Origin: Candidatus Latescibacterota bacterium
GTDB taxonomy: Bacteria > Latescibacterota > UBA2968 > UBA8231
Direction: 5' to 3'
NCBI GenBank assembly: GCA_965197905.1
Contig: CBDAOB010000004.1
Location: 416,001 to 480,000, forward strand
DNA: 64,000 nt
The translations under genes and the position numbers were made by a program. Of this stretch, positions 53,790 to 61,818 are shown one piece after another. The first letter of the stretch is position 1. The number at the start of each line of letters is the position of its first letter. The notes beneath the pieces are model-generated. The model saw only the letters and a program-made list of their open reading frames with translations. It was not told the DNA's origin and did not search any database.

Positions 53790-54582
53790 TAGCTCGCCAT
53801 CCAAGCTCGAGGGCGAGGGGGACTCCTTTGATTCGGCTCCGGAAGACGTACGAATAGTCGGCCGATGCAACATCGATCGTTGTCATGAATCCTGTCGTGC
53901 CTTTGAACTCGAAGGCTTTGTCCCCGACCTTGTAGGATTCGATTTCGTTGGGCATGACAACAAATCCATCGTTCCGGGGTGCCCCGATGTAGGTAAGGTT
54001 TGCGATAGTTACTGGTTCGCTTCCCTCAGGTGCACCCCGTGTCAGCACGATTTCTGCAATTTTCCCGCCACCAAGCGTGGCGTGAGCGCCGTCGTCGCCG
54101 TGGTTCCACACAACCTCTGCGTCCTCCGCGATGGAGAAGGACTTCCATTTGAGGGGATAGATCCTTCCAAGCGCTTGGGCAATGCCCGCCCGCTGACCTT
54201 CGTTGACGGAAGGATCGAAGGTGACGACCGCCCACTCGGCGTCCATCTGCGAAAAATCGTGCCCGAGATCACCAGACACCCAGAACTTCGCTCCCTTCAG
54301 ATCGGTTTCGCCGTAGCTGCCACCGTTGACTTTGTAGGCGATATTGAATCTGCAGAAGTGCTCGGCTGCTTCCCCGTGATGGCCAGCATGCGCGGCTGGC
54401 TTGGTGTTGAAAAAGCACTGACAGAAGACGGGACAACTACACGCCTCGATGACCGTACCATTGAACGACCAATCTGGAGACGCCTTCGGTACGTCCTGGG
54501 CAAGAACAGCTGTTGCTGCACCTGCCAGAAGAACCACGAACAGTCCTCTGGTCGAAATCCTGAGCCAACTCTGTGCAGGCAT
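53782..54582 (-). CDS. Exported DUF1326-like Cys-rich protein
   Basis: AGGAGG RBS before ATG 54582; signal peptide; EACSCPVFCQC..HHGE..FC. Confidence 0.75.
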   Translation of the reverse strand: MPAQSWLRISTRGLFVVLLAGAATAVLAQDVPKASPDWSFNGTVIEACSCPVFCQCFFNTKPAAHAGHHGEAAEHFCRFNIAYKVNGGSYGETDLKGAKFWVSGDLGHDFSQMDAEWAVVTFDPSVNEGQRAGIAQALGRIYPLKWKSFSIAEDAEVVWNHGDDGAHATLGGGKIAEIVLTRGAPEGSEPVTIANLTYIGAPRNDGFVVMPNEIESYKVGDKAFEFKGTTGFMTTIDVASADYSYVFRSRIKGVPLALELGWRATS

Positions 54583-54694
54583 GGCGCTCCTCCTTTGTGT
54601 TGGGTGTACGCGACTGTTGCCGTGAATATAAGTTCGGTGAGCTACTCCACCAGCCCCTTTTTCGACGACCGGCGCAACTTGTAAACCCCGCATT

Positions 54695-54814
54695 CGGATG
54701 GGGATCTGCGGATTGTCAATCCGTAACCAGCTAACGCCTCGTCGATATCTGAGTACCATCCAAAAAGACAGAAGGGGGCGGCCAGTCGTCCCCTCGAACG
54801 GATGGGGATCTGCG
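54695..54814. repeat. 16-bp direct repeat, the first copy running into a small palindrome
   Basis: cggatggggatctgcg at 54695-54710 and 54799-54814; cggattg-t-caatccg at 54709-54723. Confidence 0.8.
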
Positions 54815-54837
54815 ATTAGAAGGAGTTGATCAGCGGG

Positions 54838-55590
54838 TCACTGTGGCGCTACAGACGTAGTTGTCGAAGCGGAGACTGTTGCTGACTCGCTAGTCTTCCC
54901 GCGGACGCGGTTTTCGGCCAGCACAGGGGAGGTCAGTTCGGCGATCACTTCGTCGGTCGAGCGCACGCGGCCCCAGCACTGATCGAACAGCCTCAATACC
55001 GCCAGGTGACCCTCGTGGCAGCCAGGAGAGGCACTGGCATCGTCCACCATGGTCACGATGTAGCTCCAGTTGACGGCTTCGATGGCCGTCATGCCAAGAC
55101 AGCCGTGGGTAAGCTGACCGCACATCACCAGGTCGCGCACACCCAGATTGTGCAACAAGCCCGCCAGGCCCGTGGTGGCGAAGGCGCCGCCGGAGGTTTT
55201 TTGTTGCACGATCTCGCCCGGGCGGGGCTCCACGCCAGGCAGCGGCTGGCGCCCCGGTGCGCTAATGTGTCGCTCAACCTGCCCCCTGCCCCTCCGACGA
55301 CGGAGCGCATCGTAGTACTTCTTGTCCAGCGAGAGCTCCCGGGAGTCGTCCGTCCAGCATCCAAGGTGAACGTGAATGACAGGGATTGGAATGCTGCGCG
55401 CCATCTCGAGCAGGTGTACGCAGTTGGCCAGCGCCGTGCGCATTGGCTCGGTTTCCGCCCTCTCTGGCGGTCCCTGCATGTCCACGATAATGAGCGCCGT
55501 GGCCTCGGGCCGAAGCGGGTCCACGAAGGCTTCGTGCGCACCCCCCTTGATGTTGCCCAGGCAGATCGTCTGAGTGAGATCAGTCTTCAT
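54838..55590 (-). CDS. Isochorismatase-family cysteine hydrolase
   Basis: ALIIVDMQ, K-TSGGAF, GQLTHGCL, VDDASA. Confidence 0.85.
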   Translation of the reverse strand: MKTDLTQTICLGNIKGGAHEAFVDPLRPEATALIIVDMQGPPERAETEPMRTALANCVHLLEMARSIPIPVIHVHLGCWTDDSRELSLDKKYYDALRRRRGRGQVERHISAPGRQPLPGVEPRPGEIVQQKTSGGAFATTGLAGLLHNLGVRDLVMCGQLTHGCLGMTAIEAVNWSYIVTMVDDASASPGCHEGHLAVLRLFDQCWGRVRSTDEVIAELTSPVLAENRVRGKTSESATVSASTTTSVAPQ

Positions 55591-56319
55591 GATGCTGTTC
55601 TCCCTGTTTCGTTACGGATATTGTGCGGCTACTGGCGGAAACACCTGCTCAATGGCTGAGGGGGTATCGTTTTCCCAATACTCGCGCCGAAGGCGTTTCG
55701 GAGCAACAGTCACGAGCAAGTGTTATAGGTCGTCGACAGATTGAGGAGGGGGTACTTTGTACCAGTACCAAACCTCGTCCAGGAGGCTGGGATCAAGCTC
55801 AGGTCGGGCGAACAAGTAGGGATGGACGTTTGGCGAAGGGCGTTGAAACGGCAATTCCCGATAAAGATCCGCTCTACATATCCATTCACAGGGACGTTCC
55901 AGGTTGTGCCGCGGAATCTTTCCCAACACATTTTCCACCAGCTGCGACAAGCTACGTCGAGGTCTGGTCAATCGCCCCCCTACCAGGGAAGAGAGAGTGG
56001 CCGGCCGGTGGGAAGGCACCAGCATCGCCCGTCGGCGCGACCGGCCTGCTCTCTCATAATATCAAACTAAAAAAATGCGTAATCGTCCTGGGATGACACG
56101 TGGTGACACAAAACCTTGGTTTAATCGGTCTTTAAGAGATAGAGCCCGACGGACTATCAATCCGTATCAACCTACGAATGGTATTGATGCAGGAGTGACG
56201 ACAAGACATGCCAGGGGGGTGAGGTTTGTGCCGGAACCGTGGCCTGATTGAGGCGGGCAAAACGCGTTTCGGATTGGCGCTCCAGTGAAGGGCAGCCGCC
56301 ATCGCTTGACTTACTTTTC

Positions 56320-57195
56320 TCAAATGCCGTCCAGATTGATTTCGGTAATTTTCCCCCCTTCTACATAAATCTTTTTGTCAATTTTGGTCGCCCTGTCTTT
56401 TACATGAAATCGCATCGTATAATGGCCAAAAGGCACTGGAAATTCTGCCCATAGGACCCCTTGGCTATAGACTCCTCCCTTTATCAACATTGAGGGAGAC
56501 GTCTCGCCGTCAGGAATAAGCTCCCAACCTTTGATGGCCAACCTGGACGGCTTATTGACCAGTATCCTTCCCAATGTGATTTGTTTCTCGACTATTTCCT
56601 CCAACTCTTTAGCGCTATTTGCCGCGAAGTATTCCCCTCCCCCTACCTTGGCCATGCAAGCGAGTTGAGTTCGTTGCTTTTCATTCACAGTATAGCCGAC
56701 GGTATGAAGCTTGAATCCGACGGTCTGTGTCGTAATTATTCTTTTGGTTTCTCCGCACGGATCCCCGCTACAGGTATCATTACCGTCACTGATCACCACA
56801 ATTACGCCGACTCCATCATAAGCCTGCAACGCTCTACCTACTTGAGTGATCGTAGCAGCAAGCGGTGTCTTAGCATCATTTCGCGGTGAGATCGTTTCCA
56901 AACGACGGTAGAAGAGGTTTCAATCCTTTGTGTTTGGCGGAATCATGATTTCTATATCGGAGCAATCACCAGCCCTCCGATGACCAAAAGTTGCCAATGA
57001 TGCTGTCACGCCAGGCGACAGATTGGTAACCGTTTCGCGGATAATTTTTTTTGCTTCGGTTATTTTTCGCTCTCCAGATGGGTCCCTAGCCAACATGCTG
57101 CCTGAGGCATCGAGGACGAACATGATTTCTGCCTCATCGGACGAGGCGATATCCGTGAGTACCAAAACGCAAAGTAGAATTGTCCACGCAGCCAT
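56320..57195 (-). pseudogene. Exported VWA (MIDAS) domain protein with an in-frame TGA at 56920-56922
   Basis: DASGSM, FGHR..DCSDIE, KTPL, ISDGNDTC..DPC. The two ORFs share one frame across TGA (NTKD*NLFYRRLETISP). Confidence 0.8.
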
Positions 57196-57709
57196 GATTA
57201 TATCATCCGAAGCATACTTGTGAACGCGTACCGCGGGGCGGAATATCTGCAGTTGCACTCGTCAAAGCAACCGGAACGCGGAATAGAAAAGAGGCTTGTA
57301 CGTACTAGTACTAGACTAAGGGTGGATAAGAGGTCAAAACGGCCTTCTCCCAGTTTTCGGGCGGTAGGAGGCAATCGTAGGCTCCTCCCTCAATTGCGGG
57401 CTTGACGAGGTACCTGGGGCTTGTAGGGGAATGGGGCAGCGACTTCGTTCCGATGATAAGAATAACTGAAATCGTTTGGCCACGATCGCAATAAACCAAT
57501 CAAATGGCTATAGGCTCACGAGGCGATTCCTCCGTTCATGTTCTTCGTATCTCACGGATTATCAATCCGTTGAAGTCAATGAAGCACCTTCACGAATCCT
57601 GATGTTCCTCCGGTTCCGCTGCTTTTTTGTCTGCTTTAAAAACGAAACCGTGCACAATCTGAACGCCCGAATAATTAGAATCGCGGATCTCAACGACGCC
57701 TCTTTTTAC

Positions 57710-57838
57710 GCCTAACGTAAAGCTGAGCCGCAGCGCCGAGTTTGCAGAACCACCGCTCTGGACGAGTCTGCCATCAAATCCAAAAAACCGCGATACTACG
57801 AGCACCGAAGCCGCTGTCGGCTCCAGCGGAGGTTAGAC
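57710..57838 (-). mobile_element. Integron attC site (129 bp)
   Basis: R'' GTCTAAC (57838-57832) contains the stop of the upstream gene; R' GTTAGGC (57716-57710); L boxes gctggagccgacagcg / cgctgcggctcagc pair with extrahelical G and A. Confidence 0.88.
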
Positions 57839-58417
57839 GTCGGTGCGCCGGCTGTTTCCCAGTTCAAGGATCTTGTAGGTCATGAATGACCCAGCGCCCG
57901 GATCGCCATCATAGTAGAACAGGGCAATCTCCCGGGCTGTGAATTTCAAATTCACGCTCTTGCTACCTAACTCCTCGTAATAGCGTTTGCACACATCTTC
58001 GGCTTCGATGCTGCCTAGCTCAATGGTCAGGTGGAAATGATAGCGATCCCCATCGTGAGGTGCGGAGGTGTTCTCGAACAAATCGCCAAGTTCGGTGTTG
58101 ATGCGGTTGTGTAGCTCCCTCAGCGCATCCGTTTCCCTGACATTAAGCCCAAGAATCCCATATCCGCTCCACTGTGTATGGTAGATACTGTCCAGCTCGA
58201 GTACGAATGGCTCGATGTCCTCCGCAAGCTTGTCAAAGTATTTTTCGAGTTTCTCCATATCATCGAACGAAAACGGCTGCTTCAGACTGACGTGAGCGGG
58301 CAATAGAGAAGCCAAGAAGCGAATGCCGTACTTTCTGTTGAGATCAAAGACGATCCGCCTTATGTAGTTCTGGACCTCACGATTCGCCAAGAGGGCAATT
58401 GCTGCCTTCATCATCAT
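57833..58417 (-). CDS. 2H phosphoesterase (2'-5' RNA ligase family) carried as a gene cassette
   Basis: Two Hx[ST] motifs (PAHVSL, FHLTI); ends within attC R''. Confidence 0.85.
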   Translation of the reverse strand: MMMKAAIALLANREVQNYIRRIVFDLNRKYGIRFLASLLPAHVSLKQPFSFDDMEKLEKYFDKLAEDIEPFVLELDSIYHTQWSGYGILGLNVRETDALRELHNRINTELGDLFENTSAPHDGDRYHFHLTIELGSIEAEDVCKRYYEELGSKSVNLKFTAREIALFYYDGDPGAGSFMTYKILELGNSRRTDV

Positions 58418-58439
58418 CCTTTGTGGGCTGACCAGCGAC

Positions 58440-58458
58440 GCCTAACTATTGGTTATCT
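58440..58458 (-). other. attI-like simple site at the 5' junction of the cassette
   Basis: Minus strand AGATAAC-CAATA-GTTAGGC: inverted core-like boxes with a 5-bp spacer. Confidence 0.55.
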
Positions 58459-58593
58459 GGAAGCAGCTCTGCGTCTGGCACAAGAGCCCTGCGGATTGAC
58501 ACTCCTTAGCAGACGGTGGTGACTCGCTCTAGCATCGCTGCACCGCAGCACGCGGAACCACTGCCGTGACTCAATTCCGCGATCCGAGTGCTT

Positions 58594-60031
58594 CTATTCA
58601 GTGCCATTTCCTTCGATGGTTATCTTACCGGAATAACCACCTTCAATCAATCGGTCCGCTAAGGCTTGAGCAGCAGAGGTAGGCAGTGAGGGATTGTCAC
58701 GAATATTTAGGTTTTGCCCGAGTCCGGAAAGATTTCCAAGCCCATCCAAGTTGTTCAAGCCCTCATTATCTCGGATCGTCAGATCCTCTCCAATTCTCAG
58801 CAATCCATTCAACCCACTGACATTCAGTAAAGAGGGGTTGAGTCGGATAAAAACATCGCGGTTCACTCTGGATACTTTCTCAATTCCTTCAAGACTCACA
58901 AAACCTCTATTGTCTCTAATCCAGAGATCGCGCTCAATCCGAGTAATGCTCTCCAATCCCACCAGACTCTCAAGGACGTCATTTCCCTCGAAACGCACGT
59001 CTTGGCCAATTTGTCGCAGATTACCAAGCCCTGTGAGACCCGTTAGGTGGCGGTTGTGCAGAATTAGTAGATCCTCACCCACGAACACCAAGTTATCCAA
59101 CCCTGCCAAGGTTTGGGCCCGGGAGCTCGCCACTTCAAGGTCTCCCCCTACGCTTTGCAGATTTTCCAAACCGTGCAAACTCGCCAGACTGCTGGGTGTT
59201 CGCCCGCTGCTATTTCGTCCCTCGCTAATCAGTAGGCTCCCGCCGATCGTCGTTAGCCTGTCTAAGCCTTGCATGCTCGTAAGTCTGAAGGCACCAATAT
59301 CGAAATCCTTTCCGATGGTTCTCAGACCCGACAGGCCTTCCAGGCTCGAAAGAGAGTCAGCCCTAAGGTAAAAGCCGCCGCCAATCGTAATTAGATTATC
59401 AAGTCCTTTTAACTCTCTGATCGGAAAACTACTCAAAACCAGGTTTCTTCCAATGGCACGAAGATTTTCCAACCCCTCGAATGTCAGAACCTGGTTTCCA
59501 TAGATGAGGAAATCTCGCCCGATGCTTGAAAGACTTTCCAGCCCACTCAAGTTGCTCAATGGACCTGCAAAAGCGGGTGCTTCAAAGAGGTTACCCGCCA
59601 TATCCAGGTCCCGACCGATTTCAGTCAGACCGTTCAAGCCATCCACCGTGAACAGAGAATCATTGAATTGAATCTGCAAGTCCCGTCCCACTTCGGTGAG
59701 ATTGTTGAGACCAACTAAACTTGCAAGGGAATCATTGTTGGTAATGAGCAGATCCTCAACGATTAAGGTCAGGCTGTTCAGACCATTCAGTGACCTTATG
59801 GAGGATCTTTGAATCAGCAATGATCCGGTCAAACGACCCCCCACCTCGTTCAATCAGTGCTTCCAGATCTTCTTGGGACTTGAGTTCTATATCCCCTTCA
59901 ATTGTCCTTCGATCTGCTACTGCGGGATCAGAGGGATTCTTTCGAGGGGCGTCGTGGCAGGACAAGAGACCAAGGCCGAGCGTTAGGACGACAAGCTGTG
60001 GCAAATGTGTGTTTTTCAGCGTAGTCTTCAA
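58594..60031 (-). pseudogene. Lipoprotein with receptor-L-domain-type leucine-rich repeats, frameshifted near 59835
   Basis: Lipobox GLLSC in frame 59756..60181; more than 14 repeats of LxxLxGLxxLxxIGxxLxI in frame 58594..59853; the shift is beside a G6 run. Confidence 0.8.
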
Positions 60032-60050
60032 AGTGAACCAACCCAGCCGA

Positions 60051-61106
60051 TCAAACAGCATCTCGGGAGTCAAGCTTGGCCATCTGTTCGTGAAGCGCCT
60101 TGTTGCGCACTTTCCCGTAGCGCTGGAGCATTGTGGGCGACTTCCAACCTCCGATAGCCTGAAGATGGAAGCTTGAAACACCGGCCTCCAGGGCTCGAGT
60201 TGCGAACTGGTGCCGAAAACTATGGAGCGTCACATGCTTCTCGATCCCTGCCCTCTTCAAGGCCGCCGCCAGCCCTTTCTTGATGTCCACAGCCCCGAAC
60301 ACAGGCTTGGTCGGATGGGCGGTCACTTCGCCTTTCATCTCCTCCAGCATTGCCTGAAAGCGGGTGGTGAACGGCACGACCCGGGGGTCCTTGTTCTTGG
60401 TTTCAACAACCCGCAGCTCGCCCGCCTGAAAATCAATGTCCTCCCATTTCAAGCGGCCGATCTCACCCGCCCGCATGCCGGTTTCTGCTGCCGCCAGGAC
60501 GATGCGCCGAGAATAGTCGGGAAGCTCGATTAGCAGGCGCTCGAACTCATCGTCGTCGAGCACATCCTTAATTTTGATTTCTTCCTTCCTCATGGTCACA
60601 GCCGCGGCAGGATTGGGCTTGCAGAACCCGTAGGTGACGGCGGCTTTGTAGATACTCTTCAGAACCGCCAGATAGCGGTTCTGGCTCGCGACGCTGAGCC
60701 CCTGGGCTTCACGCCTAGAGAGCCAGGTTTTGATAGCCGAGGCGGTAACACCCGACAGGGGCAAGGATCCGAACTGCTCACACAGAATCCGCAGTCGACT
60801 CTCCTCGCCCTTACGGGTGCGTTCACTCCAGGAACAGAAGTTGGGCAGGTATTCCTGCCGGACGAAGAGGGCGAAGGTGCCGGCGTTGGGTTTCGGTTTC
60901 CAATCCAGCTTCTCCAACGCTTCCCAATCCTCGTTGCTGATCAGAGTGGCTAGCTCCCTTGCGCGACGTTCGGCTTGACGCTTATTCTTTGTTCCCAGCG
61001 CGCGACGTCGACGGCCGGATGGCGTGTAGAACGTGCAATGCCAAGCGGCGCCGCGCAGGTAGCCGTTTACCAAGCCTTCAATTTCAAACGGAGATGCTTC
61101 TTTCAT
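60051..61106 (-). CDS. Tyrosine recombinase/integrase
   Basis: GMRAGE (R), TKNK (K), HSFRH (HxxR), GGW, RY; N-terminal arm-binding-like segment; no IntI-type insertion between K and HxxR. Confidence 0.93.
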   Translation of the reverse strand: MKEASPFEIEGLVNGYLRGAAWHCTFYTPSGRRRRALGTKNKRQAERRARELATLISNEDWEALEKLDWKPKPNAGTFALFVRQEYLPNFCSWSERTRKGEESRLRILCEQFGSLPLSGVTASAIKTWLSRREAQGLSVASQNRYLAVLKSIYKAAVTYGFCKPNPAAAVTMRKEEIKIKDVLDDDEFERLLIELPDYSRRIVLAAAETGMRAGEIGRLKWEDIDFQAGELRVVETKNKDPRVVPFTTRFQAMLEEMKGEVTAHPTKPVFGAVDIKKGLAAALKRAGIEKHVTLHSFRHQFATRALEAGVSSFHLQAIGGWKSPTMLQRYGKVRNKALHEQMAKLDSRDAV

Positions 61107-61162
61107 GGTTCGCTCCCGTAGAATCCGTTGCTCTTGTATGAAAGATAGCGAACCGGTGCATC

Positions 61163-61250
61163 TGACACAAAATTTTCTTTGTGTCACGTTTGTGTCAAAT
61201 AATGCGCAAGTATGCCGGAGGATCTTGGAGCTCATTGGAGCACATTGGAG
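61163..61250. repeat. Integrase arm-type repeats and 10-bp-phased TTGGAG repeats
   Basis: TGACACAAA 61163-61171; TTTGTGTCA 61178-61186 and 61189-61197; TTGGAG at 61225, 61235 and 61245. Confidence 0.7.
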
Positions 61251-61311
61251 TTTCTCAACCTCCAGTACTCCAACGACTTACGGCTACAAAATGTCGGTGT
61301 AGCAGGGGTAC

Positions 61312-61388
61312 GGGCCCATAGCTCAGTTGGTTAGAGCGGCGGACTCATAATCCGTTGGTCGTAGGTTCGAGTCCTACTGGGCCCACCA
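61312..61388 (+). tRNA. tRNA with CAT anticodon, most likely tRNA-Ile2 (lysidine type)
   Basis: Cloverleaf GGGCCCA/TGGGCCC-ACCA, D arm GCTCAGTTGGTTAGAGC, anticodon arm CGGA-CTCATAA-TCCG, GGTTCGAGTCC; no initiator features. Confidence 0.93.
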
Positions 61389-61818
61389 CTCCCTTTTCCG
61401 GTTTGACGCCTTATGGTCATGCGCGCTGCTGCGCTGGCCTCACCTCTTGATGGTCACCCAGCCACCGACCCAAGGTTGTGCAACTAATGCGCAAACGCTG
61501 GGTGTTGCTGCGCATTTCGGCCCCTGAACGACCCCCCGAAGGGCCTTTTACCTTCGAGCTATGACTAGTGCGCGCAGCGTCCTGCATGCGACACAGTCTC
61601 CTCGCATCCATCCGGAGAATCTGGTCATTTTGACAGCGCCTCCGGGCTTCGTTGCCTTGGGTTTGTAGTTTCTTCTGCCATTTTGACATACACTGCGCGA
61701 AGGATTCTGGGAGCTGCTGCCGGTGGGGTCAATGGTTCATGTTTTGCTATTTAAGCTGCTGTCAGCAAGAATGGCCACTCAACCCTTTTTGGCAGCAATC
61801 CAAGCGGAGAAGTGTCTC

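Larger units (their letters stand above)
56053..61351. mobile_element. Tyrosine-integrase genomic island abutting the 5' side of tRNA-Ile2 (boundaries inferred)
   Basis: Integrase next to the tRNA; TGACAC(AAA) repeats at 56094-56112 and 61163-61197; AT-richer cargo; CTCATAAT at 56053-56060 and in the tRNA anticodon loop at 61344-61351. Confidence 0.65.

Noticed and set aside
55991..56055. ZTP riboswitch, guanidine-II riboswitch or HDV-like ribozyme assignment
   Set aside because: Lacks the GGGGA and CGCCUGGG of ZTP, has only one ACG-loop hairpin, and has no HDV P1.1/J4-2 elements
56920..56922. In-frame TGA in the VWA gene as selenocysteine
   Set aside because: Not at an apparent Cys position and no SECIS-like hairpin follows; likely a CGA-to-TGA change
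60051..61106. Integrase as IntI or XerC/D
   Set aside because: No IntI insertion; has an arm-binding-type N-terminus and Trp in the H/W position
61417..61689. 90-aa minus-strand ORF between the tRNA and clpB
   Set aside because: No recognisable motif and atypical composition
61771..61816. CIRCE element upstream of clpB
   Set aside because: Only partial half-site resemblance; no TTAGCACTC-N9-GAGTGCTAA
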